The notes beneath the pieces were generated by a model, which was not told the origin of the DNA, did not search any database, and saw nothing but the letters and a program-made list of their open reading frames with translations. Shown here one piece after another: positions 39,291 to 48,666 of a DNA stretch of 60,521 nt (positions within the stretch are counted from its first letter, which is position 1; each line of letters opens with the position of its first letter). A program made the position numbers and the translations under genes. Origin of the DNA: Rikenellaceae bacterium DTU049 (lineage in GTDB: Bacteria > Bacteroidota > Bacteroidia > Bacteroidales > DTU049); the NCBI GenBank assembly GCA_001513285.1, contig LFTI01000087.1, positions 1 to 60,521 on the forward strand. Reading direction: 5' to 3'.

Positions 39291-39321
39291 TTATTTAAGA
39301 ATGATAATTCATCTTAAATAA
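39291..39321 (-). terminator. Weak AT-rich hairpin after the threonine dehydrogenase gene
   Basis: TTATTTAAG(A)ATGA-TAAT-TCATCTTAAATAA. Confidence 0.4.
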
Positions 39322-39328
39322 ATTTTTA

Positions 39329-40300
39329 TTATGTCAAACCAGGGACAGGTATTTGTAATTTTTTACTAATAGCAATGAGCATTTCTTTAGTCATACGAGC
39401 TAAATCATAGTCTGGTTGCCAACCCCATTCTTCTCTAGCACAACTATCATCTATAGATTGTGGCCAACTATCAGCTATAGCTTGTCTGAAATCTGGATTA
39501 TATTCAATTTTAAAATCTGGAATATATTTTCTAATCTCAGCAGCTAATTCCTCTGGAGTGAAACTCATAGCAGTAACATTAAAATCTGAATGATGTTTTA
39601 GTTTAGTAACATCAGCTTCCATGAGCATAATAGTAGCTTTTATACAATCAGGCATAAACATCATAGGCAATCTAGTATCTGATTTTAAAAAGCAATTGTA
39701 ATATTTATTTTTCACTGCTTCATAAAATATCTCAACAGCATAGTCAGTAGTGCCACCACCAGGTAAAGTTACACTACTAATGATACCAGGATATCTCATA
39801 CCACGTATATCCACACCAAATTTATTGAAATAATAATTTCCTAAAAGTTCTCCCGATACTTTAGTAATACCATACATAGTAGTTGGTTGCAAAATAGTAT
39901 CCTGTGGAGTATTTACTCTCGGAGTTGTAGGACCAAAAACTGCTATAGAGCTAGGAACAAAAACTTTTTCCAATTTCAATTCTCTTGCTACTTCTAGAGT
40001 ATTTATTAATCCATTAATATTGGTATCCCATGCTTTCAATGGATCTTGCTCACCTTTAGCAGATAAAATAGCAGCTAAATTAATAATAGTGCTTATATTG
40101 TATTCTCTACAAATTTCTTTAAATTTATCAGTATTTCTGACATCTAATTGTACATATGGACCAGCTTTAGCTAAATCATCTGGTAATGGAGTACGGTTAT
40201 AAGCTAAAACTACGTTTTCGTTTCCATATTTTTCTCTCAATGCTGGTGTAAGTTCAGAACCTATCTGACCAGCAGCACCTATTACTAATATTTTTTTCAT
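39329..40300 (-). CDS. L-threonine 3-dehydrogenase, SDR/epimerase type
   Basis: GAAGQIG, LAAILSA.GE, MYGITK, PGGGTTDYAV, RQAIADSWP. Confidence 0.9.
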   Translation of the reverse strand: MKKILVIGAAGQIGSELTPALREKYGNENVVLAYNRTPLPDDLAKAGPYVQLDVRNTDKFKEICREYNISTIINLAAILSAKGEQDPLKAWDTNINGLINTLEVARELKLEKVFVPSSIAVFGPTTPRVNTPQDTILQPTTMYGITKVSGELLGNYYFNKFGVDIRGMRYPGIISSVTLPGGGTTDYAVEIFYEAVKNKYYNCFLKSDTRLPMMFMPDCIKATIMLMEADVTKLKHHSDFNVTAMSFTPEELAAEIRKYIPDFKIEYNPDFRQAIADSWPQSIDDSCAREEWGWQPDYDLARMTKEMLIAISKKLQIPVPGLT

Positions 40301-40384
40301 GGTTTTATTTTTTTTGCAAACTTACATTAAAAATTTAAATATATAATAATTGAAATATGAGTTGTATTAATAAAAAGTTGATAA

Positions 40385-40560
40385 GGAGACGGGGAGAGGG
40401 GGTGACTGGGTGAAGAGGTGACTGGGAGAATAAGTGATTAGTGATAAGTGATAAGTGATAGGTGATAGAGTTGATAAGTTGATTAATTTAAAAGTTTAAG
40501 CAAAATGTTTAAACTACATTAAACTACATTAAACTACATTAAACTACAATAAACTAAATT
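40385..40560. repeat. Low-complexity cluster: GGTGACTGGG x2, TAAGTGA-type heptamers, AAACTACATT x5
   Basis: Directly visible; 28 G/3 C in 40381-40440 and 0 G/9 C in 40511-40560. Confidence 0.9.
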
Positions 40561-40593
40561 ATTATATTTTTGTATTATTAAATAAATATTTTT

Positions 40594-41817
40594 ATGAGAT
40601 TAAATAAAGTAATCAATGATCCGATATATGAATTCATACCTATCCCTGATGAGATAATTCTCTCACTAATAGACCATGAATATTTTCAGAGATTAACAAG
40701 AATAAAACAATTAGGTTTTTCATATTTAGTTTTTCCCGGTGCACATCATACTAGATTTGCTCATAGCTTAGGAGCTATGTATTTAATGCAAAGAGCACTA
40801 AATCAATTAAATGACCAAGGCGTATATATAGATGATAAAACATATTTATCTAGTCTAATAGCAATACTAATGCACGATATAGGGCATGGTCCATTTTCAC
40901 ATACACTAGAAGCCTTGCTTGCCGATAATATCACACATGAATTTATCACCGATTTTGCAATGAAAAAATTAGAAAAATCTTATGGAGAACCTATGACTAT
41001 AGCCAGACAAATTTTTAATAATTCTTATCCAATAAAATTTTATCATCAGCTGGTATCTAGCCAATTAGACATGGATAGATTAGACTATCTCACACGCGAT
41101 AGCTTCTATACCGGTGTGAGTGAGGGTATAATAAATACTCAACGTATTATATATATGCTCACTCTAACAGCTGATGGAGATTTAGGAATATTAGCCAAAG
41201 GAATTTATTCTATAGAAAAATTTATCATTGCTCGCAAAATAATGTATTGGCAAGTATATTTTCATAAAACTACAATGGCTGCAGACGAAATGCTATCTCA
41301 AGTGATTAAAAGAGCTAAATATCTCACTCATAATGGAACAAAGGTATCTGCTACTGAACCATTAGAATATTTTCTCAAATATCACAATAAAAAATTTACT
41401 GAAGATGATTTAGATGTTTTCATGCAAATAGATGACTATGATGTAATGACAGCACTGAAAATATGGAGTAATCATGATGATAATATCCTAAGGCTATTAT
41501 CTCGCAAACTATTGAATAGAAACCTTTTCAGATGTATTATACAAAATAATGATCCTCTAAATGATGAAAAAAGAATTAATGAATTAAAACAAAAAATTTT
41601 AAATAAATATAAAATTGACAAAAATGATTTACATTATTTGATAAGTATTAAATCAATAGAAAATCAAGCATATACACCTCATAGAGATCAAATAAATTTA
41701 GTTTATAATAATGGAGAAGTTAAAGATATCTCTATGGCTTCAGATCAGCTACATATGGAATTGTTACCCAATGATACGATGAAATATTTTTTATTTTATC
41801 CAAAAGAAATAGAATAA
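40594..41817 (+). CDS. HD-domain phosphohydrolase (SAMHD1/YwfO-like)
   Basis: DPI, FQRL.RIKQLG, HTRFAHSLG, HDIGHGPFSH, D.DRLDYL.RD, MYWQVY.HK. Confidence 0.92.
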   Translation: MRLNKVINDPIYEFIPIPDEIILSLIDHEYFQRLTRIKQLGFSYLVFPGAHHTRFAHSLGAMYLMQRALNQLNDQGVYIDDKTYLSSLIAILMHDIGHGPFSHTLEALLADNITHEFITDFAMKKLEKSYGEPMTIARQIFNNSYPIKFYHQLVSSQLDMDRLDYLTRDSFYTGVSEGIINTQRIIYMLTLTADGDLGILAKGIYSIEKFIIARKIMYWQVYFHKTTMAADEMLSQVIKRAKYLTHNGTKVSATEPLEYFLKYHNKKFTEDDLDVFMQIDDYDVMTALKIWSNHDDNILRLLSRKLLNRNLFRCIIQNNDPLNDEKRINELKQKILNKYKIDKNDLHYLISIKSIENQAYTPHRDQINLVYNNGEVKDISMASDQLHMELLPNDTMKYFLFYPKEIE

Positions 41818-41826
41818 TGAAAAAAT

Positions 41827-42405
41827 CTACCTTTTCACTATACCATATAGCACCATATCTATGAGGCTATCCATCATTTCATCATAATTAGAAATATAAT
41901 CAGGTATGATAAAAGGTAATTCTGAAATTTTCAATGCAGTAGCTATGACAAGAGTTGCATTTTCTATATTAGGGAAATAAAAAATATTTCTTCTATCGCC
42001 CTCTTCTAATATGCCTTTGATAATATTTATTTCTTCTTCATCATATTTTTTTCTAATCTCATTAACAAATGCAACCTGTGGAGTCATCTCATTAGTTTTG
42101 ATCATAAATAAATTAACTAATTCTTTAGTCTTTTTCATTCTTAATTCGAAATAGATTCTCAATTTAGTAATAGGATCTACGGTAGTATTTAATTTTTTTA
42201 TGACTTCATTTTTGAAATTTTCAATTTCATTTTCTAAAACTTCTTTAAATAGTTCTTCTTTATCATTAAAATAGTAATAAATGCTACTTTTAGCTTTACC
42301 AATTTTTTTGGTAATATCTTCGATAGTAGTTTTGTCTATACCTTTAGCTGCAAAAACTTCTGCAGCTTTTTTTAGAATCAAATTTTTGGTTTTATTTTTG
42401 TTCAT
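41827..42405 (-). CDS. TetR/AcrR family transcriptional regulator
   Basis: IL..A..VF..KG..KTTIEDI....G.AKSSIYYYF..KEELF. Confidence 0.92.
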   Translation of the reverse strand: MNKNKTKNLILKKAAEVFAAKGIDKTTIEDITKKIGKAKSSIYYYFNDKEELFKEVLENEIENFKNEVIKKLNTTVDPITKLRIYFELRMKKTKELVNLFMIKTNEMTPQVAFVNEIRKKYDEEEINIIKGILEEGDRRNIFYFPNIENATLVIATALKISELPFIIPDYISNYDEMMDSLIDMVLYGIVKR

Positions 42406-42407
42406 AG

Positions 42408-42713
42408 CTATTCATAAATTAATGTATCAATATTCCATGCTTCCATGGTTATATATTGATTAATATTAGTAACATTTTTATTATAATTTTGAATATTATT
42501 TAATAAAAATTCAAATTTATCAACATCCCTAATTTGTAACATTATTAAAACATTATAACCAGGCCAAATACTATTATTCATACGTGGATCGCCAAGTCTA
42601 TTTTTCACTCTTACTTTATCAATAATTTGGAAGCTACTTATATTACATTGCTCTAATATTGCAATTATTTCGTTTGCTTGAGCAACATCACAATGAATAT
42701 TTACATGTTTCAT
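42408..42713 (-). CDS. PG0541-like transporter-associated protein (PII-like)
   Basis: GDPRM.NSIWPG.N motif, 101 aa, overlaps the RND permease stop. Confidence 0.75.
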   Translation of the reverse strand: MKHVNIHCDVAQANEIIAILEQCNISSFQIIDKVRVKNRLGDPRMNNSIWPGYNVLIMLQIRDVDKFEFLLNNIQNYNKNVTNINQYITMEAWNIDTLIYE

Positions 42714-45700
42714 AAATTTAATGATTTTTTAGGTTTGATATTTGCAAAAAACAATGAGTAAAGCACTGGTATCCAAATTAAAGTAATTAATGTGGCAAAA
42801 GCTAATCCACCAATACTTGTAATGCCAAAAGGAGCCCATATTTCGTGGAGTAGTCCTTTGTTTACAGCCATTGGTAGCATACCCATTATTGTTGTAATTG
42901 TCGTCATCAATACGGGACGTAGCCTAGACCTTCCTGCTATGACAAGGGCATCATATAATGCATAACCGCGTTTAATAAGCATATTTGTATAATCTACCAG
43001 CACTATACCATTATTTAATACTACTCCCATTAGTAATATTATTGCCACAAAAGAAATCAAACTTAAGGTAGTGCCAGTAATATAAAAAGCAAAGATAGAA
43101 CCTACTACAGCAAAAGGTGAGGAGAGAAAGATGATGAAAGGTTGTAATAAACTACCAAACTGTGCAGCCATAATCATATATACAAGTATAATGCTAATTA
43201 TCAATATTAATTGTAAATTTGAGAAACTCTCTTGTTGCTCTTCTACCTGTCCTTTTAATTGTATCATTACATTATTAGGATGATTAATATTATTAATTAT
43301 TTTTTGTACTTCTTTTGACATTGTGCCCAGGTCTATATCATTTGTAATATCAGCACCTACTATAGCTACACGTTGTTGATTATCATGCATTATTTCTGCA
43401 TAGCCATTATCAATATTTACATCAGCTACTTCTCGAAGGGCATAAGAATTACCTGTAAGAGAAGATATTCTAATATTTAAAACATCATTTATTGATGTAA
43501 GTTCATCACGCTTGTATCTGACATTAATAGGAATTTCATTGCCTTGTTCATTATATTTACCTGCTTCAGTACCATATAGGCTCTGACGCACTTGCATGGC
43601 TGCCATAGCAGGATTTATCTTAAGATCTGCCATATGATCTTTATCAAAAGTTACCCGAAATTCAGGTTTTGTATTTGCTAAACTATTTTGAATATTAATT
43701 AAATTAGGATTTTTTTTCAAAGAATCTTCAATAATTTTAGCATATTTACTTAATACCTCTAAATCATTGCCAGTAATAACTATTTCAATTGGTTTAGCAT
43801 TTCCGAGCAAAGCACCACTAAGTATTGATCCACCAGTTACATTAAATTGCTCTATCTCTGGCATTTTTTTCAACTCTTTTTCAACTAATTTTGCTATTTG
43901 TTGAGAACTACGTTTTCGCTGATCTGGTGGCACCATATGATATACGATAGTAGCTAAATTTTTGTTTTCTTTGAAACCAACTGAAGATAAAATACCTTGA
44001 TCAGTTTGTCCTGCTACAGTAAAGCCAAAAACTATTTCTGGTACATTCGATTCAATAAATTTTTCAATTTTTGCAGCAGCTTTTTCTGTTTCTGCAGCAC
44101 TATATCCTTCAGGTAACTGTATAACTGTTATTAAATCGCCACCATCAATATTAGGAATATACTCAGTACCAATGAACCATTTACCAATGACTACTGATAG
44201 ACCTATTATAGTTATCATTATAACTACAATTACTGTTTTATGATGTAAGCACCATTTAATCAATTTGCTATAATAATTCTCTAAACTAACATACCATTTT
44301 TCGGAAATTTCATATATCTTGAGTTTCTTTTTTTGTTTTGCAGGTTCCACAAGCATTTGGCTTGTAAGTGTAGGAGTAAGGGTGAGAGCTATCAATAGTG
44401 AACCAAGCATTGTAGCAGCGCCAATTATAGAAAATTGTTGAAAAAATATACCAACAATACCACCAGCAAAAATCAAAGGAAAAAACACAGCAATAGTAGT
44501 TAAAGTAGAAGCACTGATAGCAAGTCCCATTTCACCAGTAGCAAACATTGATGCTTCTTTCTTTTTTATACCTCTATCAAGGTATTTATTAATATTTTCT
44601 ACCACAACTACACTATTGTCTACTACCATACCTATAGCAACGACCATAGACATAAGAGTGAAAACATTGATCGTAAAACCACTAATCATCATAGTAACAA
44701 GTGCTATAAGCATAGAAAAAGGAATAGAAAGACTTATTATTAAACTAGAACGCCAAGCTCTCAAAAATAACCATACAACTAAAATAACCCACAATCCTCC
44801 CCATAGCAAAGTTTGCACTATATTATTAATAGAACCATTTATGATTTCTGTAGTATTAAAAACCTCGTATAAATTAGTACCTTGTGGTAAAGGGATGTTA
44901 TTGATTTCTTTCATCACAGCATCATAGACTTGTAAAGCATTAGCTTGAGATTGTTTTTGTATTAATAAAGCAGTAGCTCTACTTTGATGAGTTCTAGCTA
45001 TTTCATCTTTTGCTTTTATTTGTTTTTTTACAGTAGCGATATCTTTAAGCCTAATGACCTGACCAGTATATGTATTTAATGGTAAATTTTCTAAATTTTC
45101 TAAAGAATTTACTTGTCCTTTTACAGTTATATTTATATCCCAAATACCAGATTTTAAAGAACCAGCAGGAATATTTAAATTCAAGCTTTTTAATAAAGTA
45201 GAAATATAGTCCATAGATAATCCATATTTTTCTGCTTTTAACGGATCAACCTCGATAGCGATTTCATATTCTGGTTGAGCTATTGGCATTACGCTACCTA
45301 CACCATCTATATGCTGTAAACGTGGAGAAATAACTTTATCTATTAGCTCACTTATATTTACATTCTCATCAGAAGTTTGTAACCCAAGAATAACAACAGG
45401 CATCACAGAAGAGTTAATTTTCATTATCATTGGCTGCTGAGCCTCTCTAGGTAATTGATATTTAACTAACTCTATGAGATCTCTTGCATTAGCCGAAGCC
45501 TCACTAATGTCTGTACCCCAATTGAATTGTAAAGAAATAGTAGATACATTATCTTTTGAAAAACTTTGAATTTTTTTAATATTTTCTGTACTAGCTAAAA
45601 CAATTTCAAGAGGATTAGTTACTTCCTTCTCTACTTGTTCTGCATTAGCACCTGGATATACTGTTATTACTGTCAAAGTAGGTAGCTCTATATCTGGAAA

Positions 45701-45808
45701 TAAATCTCTCGGTAATCTAAATATAGCTAACAATCCAAAAAGTATTATAGCAGCATATACCATATAAATAGCTACTGGATTTTTTACTGATGCATCTGTA
45801 ATTTTCAT
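42710..45808 (-). CDS. RND efflux permease (AcrB/AcrD/AcrF family)
   Basis: YPGA..E.VE..VT, AIGMVVDNSVVV.EN, NNGIVLVD, RLRPVLMTT. Confidence 0.95.
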   Translation of the reverse strand: MKITDASVKNPVAIYMVYAAIILFGLLAIFRLPRDLFPDIELPTLTVITVYPGANAEQVEKEVTNPLEIVLASTENIKKIQSFSKDNVSTISLQFNWGTDISEASANARDLIELVKYQLPREAQQPMIMKINSSVMPVVILGLQTSDENVNISELIDKVISPRLQHIDGVGSVMPIAQPEYEIAIEVDPLKAEKYGLSMDYISTLLKSLNLNIPAGSLKSGIWDINITVKGQVNSLENLENLPLNTYTGQVIRLKDIATVKKQIKAKDEIARTHQSRATALLIQKQSQANALQVYDAVMKEINNIPLPQGTNLYEVFNTTEIINGSINNIVQTLLWGGLWVILVVWLFLRAWRSSLIISLSIPFSMLIALVTMMISGFTINVFTLMSMVVAIGMVVDNSVVVVENINKYLDRGIKKKEASMFATGEMGLAISASTLTTIAVFFPLIFAGGIVGIFFQQFSIIGAATMLGSLLIALTLTPTLTSQMLVEPAKQKKKLKIYEISEKWYVSLENYYSKLIKWCLHHKTVIVVIMITIIGLSVVIGKWFIGTEYIPNIDGGDLITVIQLPEGYSAAETEKAAAKIEKFIESNVPEIVFGFTVAGQTDQGILSSVGFKENKNLATIVYHMVPPDQRKRSSQQIAKLVEKELKKMPEIEQFNVTGGSILSGALLGNAKPIEIVITGNDLEVLSKYAKIIEDSLKKNPNLINIQNSLANTKPEFRVTFDKDHMADLKINPAMAAMQVRQSLYGTEAGKYNEQGNEIPINVRYKRDELTSINDVLNIRISSLTGNSYALREVADVNIDNGYAEIMHDNQQRVAIVGADITNDIDLGTMSKEVQKIINNINHPNNVMIQLKGQVEEQQESFSNLQLILIISIILVYMIMAAQFGSLLQPFIIFLSSPFAVVGSIFAFYITGTTLSLISFVAIILLMGVVLNNGIVLVDYTNMLIKRGYALYDALVIAGRSRLRPVLMTTITTIMGMLPMAVNKGLLHEIWAPFGITSIGGLAFATLITLIWIPVLYSLFFANIKPKKSLNL

Positions 45809-45830
45809 ATATTTTACTAATTTAAATAGT

Positions 45831-46880
45831 TTATTGTATTACCTGTACTGTAGTGCCAACTTCTAAATTTTTTTTACTAGAAATGATAACTTTATCACCC
45901 TCATTCAATCCTCCTTCTAAAATTACATTTTCACCCAAATACTGTATAATATATACTTCTTTTTTTTCTATTTTATTTTGATTATTAACAATATAAACAA
46001 AGTAAAGATTACTCTCTGGTTCTTTGATAATAGCTTGTAAAGGAATGGAAATGACATCATTATTAATAATATCGATAAAAACTTTACCTGTCATACCAGG
46101 TTTATATTTCATTGACGTATTATTAATTTTAGCTCTAATAGTAGCTGTAGCTTTAGTAGAATTAAGTGTAGGACTGATGAAATCTATCACACCTGTCAAT
46201 GTATCAGTATTATATGAATTTGCAATGAGTTTTATTTTAGAATTATTTTTTATATGAGGTAAATCTTTCTCACCGACTTCAAATTCGAAATATAAAGGAT
46301 TTATTTTTACTAAATGTAGAATGCCTGTTGACAATGTTTGTCCTATGTCAATGGATGCTGAAAAAAAATAATTCTCTCCTTCATGAGCTAATAATTTATC
46401 GACGACACCATCAAAAGGAGCTTTAATTTCTGTATTTGATTTTAAAAGATTATATCTAGCCTCAGCAGCTTCATACTGTGCTGTAATGTGATCAAGGTCT
46501 TGCTGGCTAACAGATTGTTTTTCAGCTAGATTTTTTACTCTTTGATAATCTTTTTTCAGAGCCTCATATTCAGCTTGTGATTGTAAAAGCATTTCTGAAG
46601 ACATCTGTACAAGAGTTTGACCTTGTCTAACAGCAGAGCCTTCATCCACAAAAATCTTTTCTATTTTACCTGGTATAGTAGTGCCAAGAGTTGCTTCTTT
46701 AAACGGAATAAATTTACCCAAAAACACCAAAGTATTTGGAATGGTTTGTTTACTTACTATATAAACCTCTACTTTTGATATGGTATCGTTTTCAGAGGTA
46801 TTAATAGCTTTATCTTTATTACTACAACTAGTAAGTAAAAAACTCGAAAAGATTGTTATAAATACAATTGTTTTTTTCAT
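45831..46880 (-). CDS. RND periplasmic adaptor lipoprotein
   Basis: LTSC lipobox, G.I..I.V.EG..V..GQ.L, IKAPFDG, KPGM, GLNEGD.VI. Confidence 0.92.
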   Translation of the reverse strand: MKKTIVFITIFSSFLLTSCSNKDKAINTSENDTISKVEVYIVSKQTIPNTLVFLGKFIPFKEATLGTTIPGKIEKIFVDEGSAVRQGQTLVQMSSEMLLQSQAEYEALKKDYQRVKNLAEKQSVSQQDLDHITAQYEAAEARYNLLKSNTEIKAPFDGVVDKLLAHEGENYFFSASIDIGQTLSTGILHLVKINPLYFEFEVGEKDLPHIKNNSKIKLIANSYNTDTLTGVIDFISPTLNSTKATATIRAKINNTSMKYKPGMTGKVFIDIINNDVISIPLQAIIKEPESNLYFVYIVNNQNKIEKKEVYIIQYLGENVILEGGLNEGDKVIISSKKNLEVGTTVQVIQ

Positions 46881-46897
46881 ATTTTTTAAAAATTTAA

Positions 46898-48364
46898 TTA
46901 TTCTAAAATTCCATAAGCTTTTCTCAATTTAGCATAAAAGGCAAGAACCTCAGCATATGCTTCATAATAAGATGTCTTAGCCTCTAGCCACATAGTCTGA
47001 GCTTGCATTAGATCTGCTAATTTAATAACCCCTTCATGATATAGATCGGTTTGTAATCTTAGGTTTTCTGTAGCTAAATCAACATTTTTTTCAGTAACTT
47101 TTAACTGCATTAATTGTTCTTTTAGTTGATTAGTAGAATAATTAGCATCTATAGAAATTAGATTTTTTGCTTCATCCATTTGCATTTGTGCAATTTTATA
47201 TTGAACTAGAGCAGCTTGGCGTTTATTATATTTTTCTAAAGCATGAAATATAGGCACTCTAATGGTAACTCCTAAAGTATAATCGTCTCCAAATTCTTTA
47301 GCTAAACCATTATAAGGATTAGGATTTACGAAAAAATAATTAGCAGTAAAACCTATTTGCGGTAACATATCAGCTTGTGTTACTCTCATCATGTTTTTAT
47401 TAAATTCTACATTTTGTTCTAATAATTTAATTTCTGGCCTATTATTTATATCATTTTCACTATTAAGGAATAATTGTAAAACTTCTTGATCAAGTATTAA
47501 TAAATCCTGAGGTATGAAATCTGTGTTAATTTCTCTACCCATTTTTTGATTTAGTAATTGCTTTTGCAAATTCAGTCCATTTAATGCTTTAAAAACATTA
47601 ACCTCTGCTTCATTAATTTTTGTTTGTATCATTAAAAGTTGATTATTAGTAGCCATGCCCTCTTGAATATAATTTTTTACATCATTTTCTAATTGTTTCA
47701 ATAAGTCCAAATAATTTAAAGCAAGTTTATATTTTTTTTCAGTTATCCATAGTTTATAATACATATCCTCTATTTCATACAGAAGAGATTGCTTATCTAC
47801 ATCTGTTTGATATTTTGCCATCATCACAGCATTAGAAGTCATTTTATTAGCGTAATAAATCTTGCCACCAGTAAAAATAGGTTGTAATAAAGAGAAATTA
47901 AAAATATAATTATCTTTAACGCCGAATTTAGCCTGATCTGCAGGTAACATGGCATAATTTCTAAAAATAGGATTACCTTCTGCATCAGTAAGTGGCTTGA
48001 GTGTACTAGGATCTATTGCAAAAGTTAATAAACTAATTAAAGGGTTTGTGAAACTGCTAGGATTCAATTGCATTGTCGACAAATCGATTGCTTGATAAGG
48101 TACTACAGGTAAAAATAAATCATTTTCGAACAATTGAAATTGATTGTTCAAACGTAGATATGTACCTGAAAAATTTATATTAGGGAAAAAATTAGCAAAA
48201 GTAGCTCTCTTATTATATATAGCCATATTAATATTTGCACTGTCAATTTGTAAATTTATATTTTCTTTTAAAGCAATTTGTTTACATTGCTCTAAACTTA
48301 ATACTTCTTGAGCTGATAAGTACATTGATAATAATATCAATAAGATAAATACATTTATGCGCAT
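46898..48364 (-). CDS. TolC family outer-membrane efflux protein
   Basis: Signal peptide, LSLEQC..IAL..N, QPIFTGG, RPE, PIF repeats; ATG at 48364. Confidence 0.9.
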   Translation of the reverse strand: MRINVFILLILLSMYLSAQEVLSLEQCKQIALKENINLQIDSANINMAIYNKRATFANFFPNINFSGTYLRLNNQFQLFENDLFLPVVPYQAIDLSTMQLNPSSFTNPLISLLTFAIDPSTLKPLTDAEGNPIFRNYAMLPADQAKFGVKDNYIFNFSLLQPIFTGGKIYYANKMTSNAVMMAKYQTDVDKQSLLYEIEDMYYKLWITEKKYKLALNYLDLLKQLENDVKNYIQEGMATNNQLLMIQTKINEAEVNVFKALNGLNLQKQLLNQKMGREINTDFIPQDLLILDQEVLQLFLNSENDINNRPEIKLLEQNVEFNKNMMRVTQADMLPQIGFTANYFFVNPNPYNGLAKEFGDDYTLGVTIRVPIFHALEKYNKRQAALVQYKIAQMQMDEAKNLISIDANYSTNQLKEQLMQLKVTEKNVDLATENLRLQTDLYHEGVIKLADLMQAQTMWLEAKTSYYEAYAEVLAFYAKLRKAYGILE

Positions 48365-48666
48365 AAATTTTTTGAACAAAAATATATATTTATTCTAAAT
48401 GGAAAAAATTTTTTTTAATAATTATTAAAAAATATAAAAAATTAATGAATGCAAAATGAATCAAACATAATTATAATCGCAAATTATAGTTTATTTAATA
48501 AAAAAATTAGAACAAAATATATTTTGAATAAAACATTAAATTAGTTCAAAAAAAATTCATAGATTTTTTTATAATTAAATATTAGATTTCCTTAGATTTT
48601 ATCTTGGTTAATAATCTTTAATATTTCTGTTTTTTTTAATAGATAATTTATTTGTCTTATTTTAGA

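Noticed and set aside
40511-40560. Possible CRISPR or iteron array (AAACTACATT)
   Set aside because: Head-to-tail 10-mers without spacers, and no rep or dnaA gene nearby.
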